Of a stretch of DNA of 64,000 nt, positions 1 through 13,388 are shown piece after piece; the first letter of the stretch is position 1; every line of letters starts with the position of its first letter. A model generated the notes under the pieces. That model ran no database searches. It saw nothing but the letters and a program-made list of their open reading frames with translations, and had not been told where the DNA came from. Made by a program: the position numbers and the translations under genes. Location: NCBI GenBank assembly GCA_030770535.1, contig JASVEC010000003.1, positions 1 to 64,000 of the forward strand. The letters run 5' to 3'. The DNA comes from Batkoa obscura. Lineage: Eukaryota.

Positions 1-392
1 AAATATAAAGATAAATATTGATTTTATGTATTTTTTTTGATGAAAATAACTCATATTAATTTTATATTAATTTATAAAAGGATTTAATATTATCACTATA
101 CCTTTATTTTTTTTATTTTTTTGTATATTAAATATTAAAACACTTTAGCACACTTTTCAATAAACATTTTCAAACTTATTATTAAATTCTCTAAATTCAT
201 CCAAGCTAAAGATACAAACTAAGTAGACATACTGTTATATTTCTATAAACCCTAATAACTATAAATAAATAAACTTACTTTTACCAACAATAATCAATTA
301 AACAAAAGATAAAATGTATTAAACAAACATTAGTTCCAATCTATATAATAATACTTATTTTAAACTTTAATACTGTAATTATCAACTAACGA

Positions 393-1240
393 TTAAAATG
401 GTTTAGCACACTTTCTATTTTCTATTATTTTAGTTTTTGGACATTGCATTTCTTGCCATGAAATAGGTATCATTGTTTCACCTAAAAATTCAAATTAGAA
501 TTTACCAGTAACAAATAAAATAATTTTCATTACCTGCTGGACTTGTAGCAATAAGTACCCCAAGTTCATTCTTTGCTGTTGAAAGATAGTATGATTTGGA
601 ATCTCCAAGAGAAATCTATTAGTGATTTATTAATCAAGACTTTAAAACGACTTAATAAGTAATAGTTACCACTTCAGCTTTTACGATATCTCCAGGTCTA
701 AAAGATTGAAAAATTTGTACTCTATCTTTATCTGTTGCTCTTACATCTTGTGACCTGATTTAATTAAATATTTATCAACGATATTTTATAATAATTCAAC
801 TTCTAACAGTACCTGATAACCCCTGAATAATCATCAGCACATGGAGTATGTCCAACCATTAAAATTTTTAACCCTGCCATTTTAGGTAAAATTTTAATCA
901 CTTTACAAGTTACCTAAAAAAAGCACCATTTAAACATCAAAAAAAATCTTTTTTGGAAAATGAAACCATACTACATCCCCAACCTCCGGTACGCAAAATG
1001 TTTCAGCCTGGTTTAAAACAGTCAATATTGATTTCTATTTGAAATTTAATTCTTTATTAACTTTTAACTTTTAATTTTAATATTTACTTTGCTTCCTTCC
1101 CTTGGCTTTAATAAACTTTTAGTGCCTAACAAACCAGAGTAGATGATTCCATTATGCACATATGTTCCTTTTCCCGCTTCATATCGATTCACGTACCCCA
1201 ATGGACTACCTGGTATTACTATGTTATCTTGATCAACCAT
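393..1240 (-). CDS. CSL4: Exosome complex component Csl4 (S1 RNA-binding cap subunit), 6 exons
   Basis: Spliced translation [15 protein letters not shown]...[20 protein letters not shown]...[48 protein letters not shown]...[26 protein letters not shown]; all introns GT-AG. Confidence 0.93.
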
Positions 1241-1569
1241 TTTTTGTTAAGAAAATTAAGTATTTCGAAATTTTGCTTTTGAAATTTATTTAGTTGCTTG
1301 AAGTTATTTTAAGGGTCAGGATCTTATAAAGTAAAAATTGAAACAGTATTAAATTGGTTGAAGTTTTATTATAAAAAATAATATAACTTCTATTTTATAT
1401 AGTATATATAAGTTTTCATTTATTTTTGAATTTATTGTTTATATTAGTATATAGTATACTCTTTTTAAAGCAAATAGCAGTAACAAAAATTGCAGTGATT
1501 GAAGTTTATTAAAAATAAAATAAAACTCAAAACTTCAAATTTTGATTGCATCATTTTTTTTAAAAAGTA

Positions 1570-2551
1570 ATGAGTTCAAATAATAAAACAGAAAAAGCAG
1601 AAAAATTGGAAGAGAAATTAAGTTTAGAAGAAATCTTAAATAAAGCAAGTAGATTTGAGAATGAAGAGTTGGTCAACTTGATTAAGGAAACCATTGTTAG
1701 TCCAGATTTCTTTATTTTGTTGATTTATTAGCTTTACCAAGTGTTCAAAAGGTAACTTGGCCAATTTAAATTTAAGAATTAAGTTTAGATTTCATTTCTT
1801 TTAGCTTAAGCAAAACGAGAAGTATAAAGACACTGTTAATTTATTGGAAATATTTTGCTTTGATGACTTGAAAGGATTTAAAGGTTAGTTTACAATTTAA
1901 TTGATTTATTTATGATATTGAAGTTTAAACCACAAAAAGAAAAAATAAATGGCTCAATAAAATTAAGTAAAGATGAATTGAAAAAGCTCAGGGAACTTAC
2001 TCTTATTAGACTATTCAACATTAAAAAGGTATAAAAAAAAGAGTTATTTAATTTTATGGTGTTAATTTGATATTTAGAAACAACCATACTCCACTTTATT
2101 AGCTGAGCTTGATTTTAAAATAGAACGAGAGATGGAAGATTTTTTTATAGTAACAGCCCATCAAGGTGTCATGAAAGGCAAAGTCAATCAAAAAGAGAAA
2201 TACATTATCGTAAAAAAATGTATCTCCAGAGAAATTCATCCAGAAAGAATTCCAAAATTAATTTTACAACTCAAAGAATGGTAAGTTATAAACCAGTAAC
2301 CCTTTTTCAAATAAATAATTACTTTACTCTTTAGGCGTAAAAGATGTCAAGGAGTACTTAGTATTTTAGATGATGAAGAAAAGAAACTTGATTTATATTA
2401 TGAAGCAAAACGTGTTAAACACGAAGAGAAAAAAGAACAGTTTATTACTCTTAAAAGTGAAACATTGAATTTAGCTAAAGGATCAAGTAAAGGTGGAAAA
2501 GCTAAACATGGATCTGGTAAAGTTTTAAAGAGAGGCTCTTATGATCGTTAA
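1570..2551 (+). CDS. CSN7: COP9 signalosome subunit 7 (PCI domain); 1-nt frameshift in exon 1 as assembled
   Basis: Exons give ..IKETIVSPDFF/YFVDLLALPSVQKL..LLEIFCF..KKLRELTL..PYSTLLAELDFKIEREMEDFFI..KGKVNQ..CISREI..QLKEW, the CSN7 PCI pattern. The frame from ATG 1570 hits TAG at 1729-1731 unless one base is added near 1711-1713. Confidence 0.8.
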
Positions 2552-3224
2552 GTAATTAATGTATATTATCGTTCACTGTTAATTATTCATTCATTTGAAT
2601 GTATGTTATTATCTGTCTTTAAATTTTCTATTTTATTTTGCTATTTCAAATTAGTATTCTTTATTTTTATTTAAATCTATACACAATTATTACTTTAAAT
2701 AAATTAAGCTTTTAAGTAATATATTAATAATACTTTGAGAACACTATAGTATATACAGACCCCTATAAAGTAAGTTTATTAGATGTAGAAATAGGAGAAG
2801 ATGATATTATTTACTAGCATTTATCGACTGATTTTTTGTTCAAATATTACATAGAATTTTTAAAATAATGAAAATAATTTTATTAGATTAATTTTTATAC
2901 TTGCGACCTCGATAATGAAACAATTGTTACTTTGGTTACTTTTAAGTATAATGTAAGTGATATCGCATTTAATAATATAATTTCTTATATAACTATTTCC
3001 ACTAACGTAATATTCTTTAAATAAAATTGTATTGTGGTACAATCTTACAACAATTAGATTCAATAAAAAGTATTAACATTTGATTGACAAAATAATTTAG
3101 CAACTATTCACATCTCTAATTTATTTCTAAGTTTAAGTTCCAATATTATATAATTTTCTATTTATATACGATGGAATCTTTAATTAAGTTAAGTAATAAT
3201 TGAATTAACAATTATCATGAGTGT

Positions 3225-5083
3225 CTATTCTCTGGAGATATCTCTACCATAAAGGAATTTCTTTGTCCAATCTAAGGACACTAAAGCAGCATTACGAATA
3301 GAGAACAAATTGGATAAATAAGCCGATTTCCAGAAAAGATAAGTCACTAATAAAATTAATACCAAATTAGATATATAGTTTGCTAAACTTACTGGCACCA
3401 CCTACTGGGAAATTAATATTCATGAAAGGTATATCTGCAATTGCTTTTTCAGATCCAATATAACTACAAAAAATTAATAAGCTAATTCATATAAATTAAA
3501 ATAATAATCTTACGCTAATGAACCATTATGGGTATAATGGAAAGGTTTTTGTCTAGCTTTTACTTCTTGGAAGTTATCAGTGTTTAAAGTGGACTTCAAT
3601 AATTTAGCAAGGTATTTTCCTTGTTGACTAGCAACTTGTGCTGTTGGAGCATAGCTAAAAGTAAAGTTATATAAAGTTTGATGGTTTGATAAAATTCAAT
3701 TACCTAGTTGCTGTAGCATCACCAAGAGCAAAGATATTGTCAGAACCTACCATCATTAAGTGATCATCAACTAAAATACCACGTCTATTTTTTTACCAAT
3801 AAATTGTCTACTTAAAAAAGTATTATTAATTACCTATTTGTTTGAATTTCAGGGAATTGAGTAATCAAATCCTTAACAACTGGACGAGCAGTATTACCTG
3901 CAGCCCAAACTAAAAGACCTAAAAATAGTTAAATTAAGTTAAATAGTATAATTTATATTTATACATACCATATGGAATCTCTTCATCTTCATCATTGGCA
4001 TTCTTAATAGTAACAGTAGTTGGAGTTACCTTTTGGACTCTAGACTTGGTTAGAACATTGATTTTATTATAACGGAGAGTAGATTCAGTATAATCAATTA
4101 AGGTTTTTGAGAAGGATGGTAAGACAGTTGGTAAAGCTTCAATCAAAGTAATCTTAAACTTATCAGCAATTTCTGGATACCATTTTTTAAGATCCTCTGC
4201 AAGATAATCCTGTAACTCAGCAGCATATTCTACACCGGTTGGTCCACCCCCTACAACAATCATATGAAGCAAACGCTCTTTTTCTTTTTCATCTTGTCCA
4301 GCAAAAGCAGCAGTTTCTATACAATCACTTAATTGTTGCCTTATTTTCTTTGCATCCCAAATTTCCTTCAAGCAGCATGAATATTCTTTTACACCGGGGA
4401 TATTAAATGTTGCGGTTTCAGCTCCAACGGCAACTACTAAATAATCATAATATAATTCGGAAGAATTAATTTTACCCTGTATTTCGGAAGTATCTTTAAT
4501 AGTTATCTTATTATTTTTTGAATCAATCTTGGTACAATCCGCTTCAACAAATTGAACATTTCCAGTTTTATGTCGAATAATATAACGAATGGATTCTAAG
4601 ATAGAACGATGTTCTAAAGTTCCCACGGTACAACTTGGTAATAAAGGAGTAAATAAGAAATAATTCCTTGGTGATACTATAACAACGTCAAACTCTTTTG
4701 GATCTAATTTCTTGATCAATGAAGTGGCTCCCCATCCGGATCCTAAAACAACTACACGCTTACGACCATCCTCCGGTTTTTCTAAAACAGGTTTAAGTGG
4801 CTGTACAGCTGGATTGGAGTGAAATATGGCGTTTGCAAGTACAGCTAAAGCAATCAATTGAATTGTAACAACACCTCCGCGATAAGCATACCTTAAAAAT
4901 CTAAAGCCACTTTTTGTTTTATTGTCTGAACTTGTATTCATACTTCTTTTTAATAGCAACGTACTATCTGGTTTAAGTTTGAATAAACCCCTTGTGTTAG
5001 GAGCTAACTTTACAATACTACCTATAAATATATTAATTTAAAGTATCCCAATTGTTTTATTTTAAATTACTTTTTAATACCAT
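3225..5083 (-). CDS. Type II (alternative, external) mitochondrial NADH:ubiquinone oxidoreductase, NDE1/NDI1 family, multi-exon
   Basis: VVVLGSGWGA and VVGGGPTGVE dinucleotide-binding motifs, SPRNYFLFTPLLPS, downstream exons FALGDA..APTAQVASQQGKYLA..FHYTHNGSLAYIG..WKSAYLS..GRDISRE*. Confidence 0.95.
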
Positions 5084-7082
5084 TTTAGATAAAGTTAAAG
5101 AGTAAATGTCATTAAAGTTGTTTTTATATTTTCCTATCTTCGTTGGTCTTAAATTTGAAGTGTTATTATCTGATATAAAATTTATGATATTTTGTGTAAT
5201 AACTTGTTAATTCCTTATCAAATTTAATTTTGACAAATCACTTGCCAAATAAAGATAAAAAACCCTTTATTATCCAATTAAAAATATATAATTTTCAAAT
5301 TATTACACAAGGATTCTTAAAAATTCCCACAGCATATGATAATTGAATCAGCCAGAATCTATTTTTTATTAATAAAAGTAATCGATTTGTGGTTATCAGT
5401 AAATACTTTCGTTATTCTCGTTTAGCCTAAAGAATAACCTTTTATCATATCATTTTTATCAATTCTGTGTCGTTATTTCCTCACGATAAATATATATTCT
5501 TAATAAAGTAATATGTTCTTTTTGGTTTCCTTATCTGCTCATATAAATTTAAATGTAGAGCAACAATCATTTCTTTTTATCTATAACATTAATTTATCCT
5601 AATTTAATACAAATTTATAATATATTTTTATTATAAAATAAAATTTATTTAAAATGCTAATATAAGACTTAGATTGTTATTATATTTTTAGTTTCGATTT
5701 TAGTATTAGTAATCAATTAAATAAATTAAAACAAATTTTAGAATATCTTACAACACCTATTTTGGTTATCGAATATTAATCTTTGAGTTGACATATAAAA
5801 TATCTAATTTTAAAGTATATTTTTATTATAGAACAATCTCATAAGATTGACAAATGTTATTTTTGTATGATAGTAACAAATTCAATTGTTGGTAAAGAAA
5901 ATAAGATGTTTATGGCCAAATATTAAAGTCATGAATATAATTTTAGTATTTTTATTTATCTTCAACAAAAGATCAAAGTAGACAATTAATTTGAAAACCC
6001 TGATTAAATAATGAGCTGATTGTGTCATCTAGAGAGTAAGCCAATTTTAATTTAAGCTTTAAGCCAACTATTGTTTAAAAGTTAGTTATAAAATCTCTAA
6101 AGTGAGACAAAACAATTTTAAAGGCAAGCCAACAATTCTGGAAAAAGGTATCAGTTATACTTACTAAATAGGCATGGTTTTTTTGCTCACTAAAAATATA
6201 GTTCATTTAATTGTTGCAAAAAAATACATTACAGAATCTAAGTTGTTCTTTAGAGAGGATCTGATCTCACTGGTCCTTACACTATACTCCGATTGGTAAA
6301 GAATTGTTAAAGTAGGCAACTTTAAATTGAAATGATATTTGCAGCTTAAACTGAATCTTATTATAAGAATATCAGTTGCTTGGTTGAAAGTAGCTCTACT
6401 GTTTTTGATATGGATTTATGGAATTTCGGTTTTTATAAAATCATGTTTGGGAACTTTTGTATTATTTTTGCTTGTTTTTACGTCTAGTAATGTGTTTATT
6501 TGGTTTTCTGTTTTGTCCATTCTTTATTCAACGAAAATTTAAAAAAATTATTGGTTGAATCATTAAACAAAAAGGGATATTATCATACATTTATGTTAAA
6601 TTATTTGACTTTTTTAAATTTCATTTACTATAGTTATACCATGCTAAAGTCATAATCTATTATTAATAGCTTTGAGTAGTAGCTATATTGTTTTTATTGT
6701 TGGTATTATTAAATATACGTAGATTCTTGTTGATACAAATTTTAAAGCTACTACTATATTTTTAATACTATTAACTAAAACTTTAATCGCTTTAATTATG
6801 TATCTTTTGTATAATAAAACAAATACCAGCAACTATAAAACACAACAAACTAAGCGTATAAACAAATAATAAGTTAAGCGTATAAACAAGCACTTCCAGT
6901 TCCCCATTAAAAGAAACAAAAAAAACATGACATAAAATTCATCGATACATTTTATTTAAAGTAGTAAGTATCAAAAATAAAAGCAAAGACCATTTTAGAT
7001 GGAGAAATTGTAATCTTCACGCTCTTCTTTTTATTTATGCTAATAAAAAATACATTAATACATTATCATTTATTACTATTAA

Positions 7083-7880
<798 letters not shown>

Positions 7881-8616
7881 TTTATATTTTTTTAAAAAAG
7901 TTTTTGTTTTTTTATTGAATTTTCTTCTATTTAAATCTTTTATTTACTCACTCTCACCTAATTTTTAGCCAATCTAATGCGAGCTTGTTTACCCCATTAG
8001 CTAATAGTAGACTGAAAAATAATGGAGCATTCGTCTACTTTACAGTAACCAATAAGAGATATTTCTTATCAAACTGATTGGCTAAAAAAGGGTTCAGTTG
8101 ATAGCTCAGCAATCCTAGTAGTTATTGACTCAATTTATTAAGTTCACTAGATTCATTGTGGTTTGATTTGGTAGTTGGGCTTCCAGCCACAAATTAAAAT
8201 TTTGCTGTCTAATTTCTCTAGAAACTTCGACTGCAAAGTCATTATTTTATTAAAAAACAATTAAAAGCTTAATAATTAAGTATTTTTTAATACCCTATTA
8301 AAGAAAACTGTTGTTTATAATATTTGTAATAAACCAAGCTGAAAATAGAACTATGTTAATAGTTAAAAATTAATTTAATTAATAAGACTAATTAAATTTT
8401 TATTTTTTTATCATTTGAATAATAAAAACTAGGATAAGGTAAAAACTCTATACATTTTTAATATAATACTCATCCAAACAAAATAGTCACATCCTAATAT
8501 TTGTTACAACAGTAGAATAAAAGCCATAAAATATAGGATAAAAAATTACGAATCTTAGGAAGTGAAATAAAGATGAAGATAAATAGGTATATTAAAAACA
8601 CTAGTTTTAACCAGAA

Positions 8617-9346
8617 CTATTTGTTGTGCCAAATAAATGTTTTAAGAGATGACCAATAATTAGAATCAACATAAAGGTATTGCATTGATGCACGTAAAGA
8701 GGGCTGTAATACTGAAGCTTCATGACGAAATAACCACATAACTGTACCCCAAACTACAGCTGCAAAGATAGGATAAGCATCTGGTTGTGAAATGTAATTA
8801 TATTTAACTGGTAAGTTTGCCAGCCCAAGTACTACTCTTGCAAATAAGTATAAAACAATCTGAAATTAAATTATTAATGATTGATTCAACTAAAATATAA
8901 AATATAAAATATAAAATATAAAACTTTTTCTTTACCTGTTTGTTTATACTTATTTCTTTACCAAAGACAACATAACCACCTAGCATACCGGCTAAAAAGG
9001 CATGGGACTTACCTTCTTTACTATGGTTTAACTTGGATAATACTAGCATGGTAGTTTTATAAATAGCTACAAAAAAAGCTAAGTTTTTAGCATGAGTTCT
9101 AGTAGCTAAAAAGATAGCTTTGATCTTATCTTTAATACTATTTAAATAGTTAAGAATAGTTTAACTAAAAAACAAAAAATAATACCTTCCACTACGAAAC
9201 AATAAAGTCATTACCAAAGCGTGTGGGAAGCGTACTTTAGTTCCATAAACGATACCATTTCTAAATCCTTTTACAATGGATAATAAGGCTCGATTATCAG
9301 GATGGAGTATAAAGTCAGTAAGTTGATGGTAGATAGCATCTGGCAT
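8617..9346 (-). CDS. PXMP4: Peroxisomal membrane protein 4 (PXMP4/PMP24, Tim17/22 family), 3 exons
   Basis: KGFRNGIVYGTKVRFPHALVMTLLF..ATRTHAKNLAFF..HAFLAGMLGGYVVFG..VWGTVMWLFRH..LQPSLRASMQYLYVDSNYW..FIWHNK*. Confidence 0.92.
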
Positions 9347-10299
9347 TTTATTGAAAAAATTGATTTATAAGAAGAAAGTAATTTATTGATTTTAGTTGAA
9401 TTTAAGTTTTATTTAGCAAACAAATGCTCTATTTTTCACATTTTTTTAAAAGTTAGCTTTGGTGGCCGCGTAAATTTTGAAAACTATAGATGATATAACT
9501 TTATTAGGTAGTTTAGGGCTTGTGTAGTGAGTAATTTGTTATTATTGAAAATCTATGAGTACAAAAGTATTAATGATGGTAACGTTAATTTGGGCAAAGA
9601 ACAATAGGTTTCTTTAAGATACATATAATACTAGGTTTATAGATTATATCTAATTATGTTTTAATATTTTTTATGATTTATAATTAGGAAATATGCATAA
9701 ATTTATAGAATTAATAGCTCTATTGAAATAAATGCTTCTAATAATAAATAGAAACCACAAAATGCACAAGGGCTCACCTTAAAATCACTAGTCACAAATT
9801 ATGTTTTTTATTAACTCTTGTTCTTCAAGTCACATTGAAAATTATTTTTGTTACTAATTTGCAGAAAAATTAATAATTTATATCAGAAAAAAGTTTTCTA
9901 TTACAAGTATTATTATTAAATTTGATTTAAAACTTTTATATGAAGTAAAGTGGATTAAATAATTAATAGAATTGCAATTATGTTAAAATAAAATTTTACA
10001 TATTTTTTAAAAAACTTTTAAATTATTTATAAAAATGTTTACGTATTAAAAATAAGCTTATCAAATGCATATAATTAATTTAAATTCAAATGAATATTAG
10101 TCATTCTATACTTCTAAAGTATAAATATTTATATATAATCGTTGATTTGATGCTATAGCTATTCATAGTTCCAATGCATCAATATTAAATCCTTATACCC
10201 TGTAAGTTTTTTGAGACTTACAAATAATATTGTCTTGGCTATTTTAACAATAATCTAAGTTTATGCTACCCTAAATTTATCTATATTTCCTATATTACA

Positions 10300-10403
10300 T
10301 GGGGATGTATTTTTGTGTTTAAGAATTTTACTAACAACTTTTCTGCTCAAATAGCGCTTAAAAGATAGAAAAAGTGATGAAGCAAAAAAAAAAAACACTC
10401 ACA
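10300..10403 (+). mobile_element. ~100-bp MITE copy A (Tc1/mariner-type ends)
   Basis: TGGGGATGTATTTTT...AAAAAACACTCACA|TA; core aagaattttactaacaa..ctcaaatagcgcttaaaag..gaaaaagtgatgaa shared with six other copies. Confidence 0.85.
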
Positions 10404-10641
10404 TATCGTTGTTTTTATCTATATAAGAACTTTATCACAAAGATAAGAGTTTTGTAAAGAAACAGACGTTGTTTGTTTTAAATAGTAAATTTAAATTTAA
10501 AGATTGAATAAATTAAAAAATTATTTGAACTAAACTTGTACTAAATTAAATTAGTTTGTTAAAATTAATATCGAAGTCAATGCTTCAATGAACATGTCAT
10601 TAATATTGATAATGATATTTACTAATTACATAACAAATATA

Positions 10642-10739
10642 TGGGGGTGTTTTTTTGGTTTCATCGCTTTTTCTATCCTTTAAGCGCTATTTGAGCAGAA
10701 AAATTGTTAATAAGATTCTTAAACAAAAAAATACATCCA
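10642..10739 (-). mobile_element. MITE copy B, inverted relative to copy A
   Basis: TA|TGGGGGTGTTTTTTTGGTTTCATC...AAAAAAATACATCCA|TA, the reverse complement of copy A; TA on both sides. Confidence 0.85.
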
Positions 10740-10987
10740 TATTAAAGAATTTTGCAAATTCGAGCATTATGTTGAGGGTTTATATCACATATACACTATT
10801 AAATTTATTATTATAATGCTATGCTTTAAAGTTAAAACACTAACTCGAAAGTTAATAATTATACTAGTCATCTATTTGAAAACTTTGAATTTATTCTCAA
10901 TGGCAAAATAATAATAATGATTTTTATTGAAATGTACTTTTAATTAAACTATGTGTGACTAAGTTCTTAAAATAGACTTCAATAGTT

Positions 10988-11530
10988 TTAATCGGTGGTG
11001 TTAGCCTCAAATGCTCTTTCCTTATCGTCATATAATTTTATTTCTCGATCTGCTTTAAATTTAAAAGGCTTCCTATCTTCCGGGGTCAATCTCTGCCGTT
11101 TTTGACCAATGACTTTATCAAGATTCTGAAACAGTATTTCAGGATTCTCTTCAAGTATCTTATCACCTACAGATTATAAAATACGCATAAGCCCAAAGGT
11201 GCCGGTGTGGTTTACTTCGATCTCTTTCTAAATCCTCTTCATATATATCTTCTTCACTTTGATCAAAGGTATCATCTATTGAAAGCCCGAAGATACCTAC
11301 CTTTTTGTAAATTTAGCTATTTTATTGAAAAAGCTATCAGATGTTTTGCTTTGTTTAGCTATTTATTAAATTACCTTGTTATTAAAATAGTAAATTTGTT
11401 CAATAATCTACCTAAACTACAAATTTTAAATTTATTTTATACACTTAAAGTTTATTCATTAATCCAACATGCCCATTTTATCTTGGCAGATAGAATGCAT
11501 TTTAAATTATTTCTTGAAATACAACCCTGT
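10988..11530 (-). CDS. Putative small spliced acidic protein of unknown function; 5' end unresolved
   Basis: Hand splicing gives ..IIEQIYYFNNK|VGIFGLSIDDTFDQSEEDIYEEDLERDR|SDKILEENPEILFQNLDKVIGQKRQRLTPEDRKPFKFKADREIKLYDDKERAFEANTTD* with two ~50-70 nt GT-AG introns; no family recognised. Confidence 0.45.
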
Positions 11531-11921
11531 CCTTAAAAATTAAGGCTAAAATATATAAAATTTAATAACAGCTACTTGAAATTAGATATATAAAAAAGTA
11601 AAGAAGCAGATACTGGACTTGTTAGTGCGGATAGTCTTTATTTTATATCAAATAAAAGTAAAACAAATTTACTTTTTTTAGAAGTTGAGAATCACATGCA
11701 AATATATTAAGGTGGGGCTTAAATTAATGATTTAGTGTAAAAAAAATTAAGCTGCGTTTTAAACGACTGAAAATAAAGTTAAACTGATTATAACAAAAAA
11801 TTGTAGAATCAATCTTTAATCATCAGCTATATATTGTATAACTTAAACTTATTAAATTTCCATTTGATAGTTTAATTCTTTCTTTAAATATCAACTTTAT
11901 TTTATTATAGTCCAATTGATA

Positions 11922-13388
11922 ATGGTAATTGATAAATTAAACTTAAACCCAGATACTCTACAAAGAATATTTGGGACAAGATGGTTAACAAATATAACAT
12001 TAATAGCAGGATGTTTATCAACAACATGTGGTGGAATAGTTTACAGTTTTTCTTTATATGGGCCTCAAGTTGCTTCCAAGCTAGGTTATACTTCCCTACA
12101 ATTAAATCTTATAGCAATTGCGGGTAATTTAGGTGTCTTTGTTTCTACACCCTATTTTGGTTATTTGTCTGATAATTATCCTACTTCAAGGTAATACTTT
12201 TGAATTTTATTATTAGTACGATGTTTAAATTGGCTATTTTTTTATAAAGTGTTGGCTTATATTCTACTGTATTATATTTTGTTGGATTTATGTTAATGTC
12301 GCTAACTTATAATGGCGTATTACCTTCCACATTTATTTTAATGATGATTTATTACTTCATGGTAGGGATGGCTGGAGGTTGTGCATATATTACTGCTACA
12401 GCAACTACAGTGAGTATTAATATTTTATAGCTTTTTTCGATATTGAGTAATTTATTTTTAGGGACATAATTTTAGACATAAACGAGGGTTTGGGATAGGA
12501 GTACCAGTAACCTTTTTTGGGTTATCAGCTTTTTTATTTTCATTAGTTTATCACCAATTTTTCGTCAACGGAGATGAGGCAAATACCTCAGGATACTTAT
12601 CTTTTATGGCTATTTCAACTAGTTTAATTACTTTTGTTTCTTCACGCTTCTTAATTAAATTAGATTATGAAGTAATGATAGAAGAAGATAACTGTGAAGC
12701 TGTTCGTACTAACAATAATGGTGATATCGATATTGGAGGCATGGATTTATTTTATGATTGGGATGCTCGTTTGTTATTTATAAGTATATTGTTTATTGGA
12801 GGATCTGGTTTAATGTACATCAATAATGTTGGATCAATGCTTCACACATTAGAAGTAGTTGAAAAAATAGATAACCTGCCACAATTACAAGCGTTGAATG
12901 TTTCTGTATTTTCTATTCTCAACTGTTTATCTAGATTATTATTTGCAACTAGTTCAGATTACTTAGCCTATCATTTTAAAGTGAAGCGTACTTATTTCTT
13001 ACTATTATCTGCAATTATATTAGCCATTTCTCAATTAATTTCAGGTTACGCAGGTATTCATCAAATAGTTATTTGCTCAAGTGTTATGGGAATTGGTTAT
13101 GGATTTATGTTTGCAGTTGCACCAACATTAACTTCCGTCTGGTTTGGTACTATTCGGTTTGGAGTAAATTGGGGTTGGTTAAATATAGGCCCAGCACTAG
13201 GTGGACAATTGTTTTCATTATTGTTTGGACTAATTTACGACTCAAATCTTCCCAGCTCATCAGAACTTATATGTAGCAAAGGAAATCTTTGCTATAGATC
13301 GTCCTTTTTAACTACCTCTTTCTTCTGCGTTGTTGCAGGTTTACTTTCAATTTTGTTGATCAAGAGGCGTGAAGTAGTATTGATTTAA
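11922..13388 (+). CDS. MFS transporter, nodulin-like/MCH1 family, 3 exons
   Basis: YSFSLYGPQVASKLGY..GYLSD; NFRHKRGFGIGVPVTFFGLSAFLFS; GLMYINNVG; WFGTIRFGVNWG..LFGLIYD..C..G..CY; about 12 hydrophobic segments. Confidence 0.88.

Noticed and set aside
8090..8245. Relatively GC-rich stretch with a short hairpin (ttgtggtt...agccacaa) upstream of UBC4
   Set aside because: Single 8-bp stem and no recognisable snRNA/snoRNA boxes; insufficient evidence.
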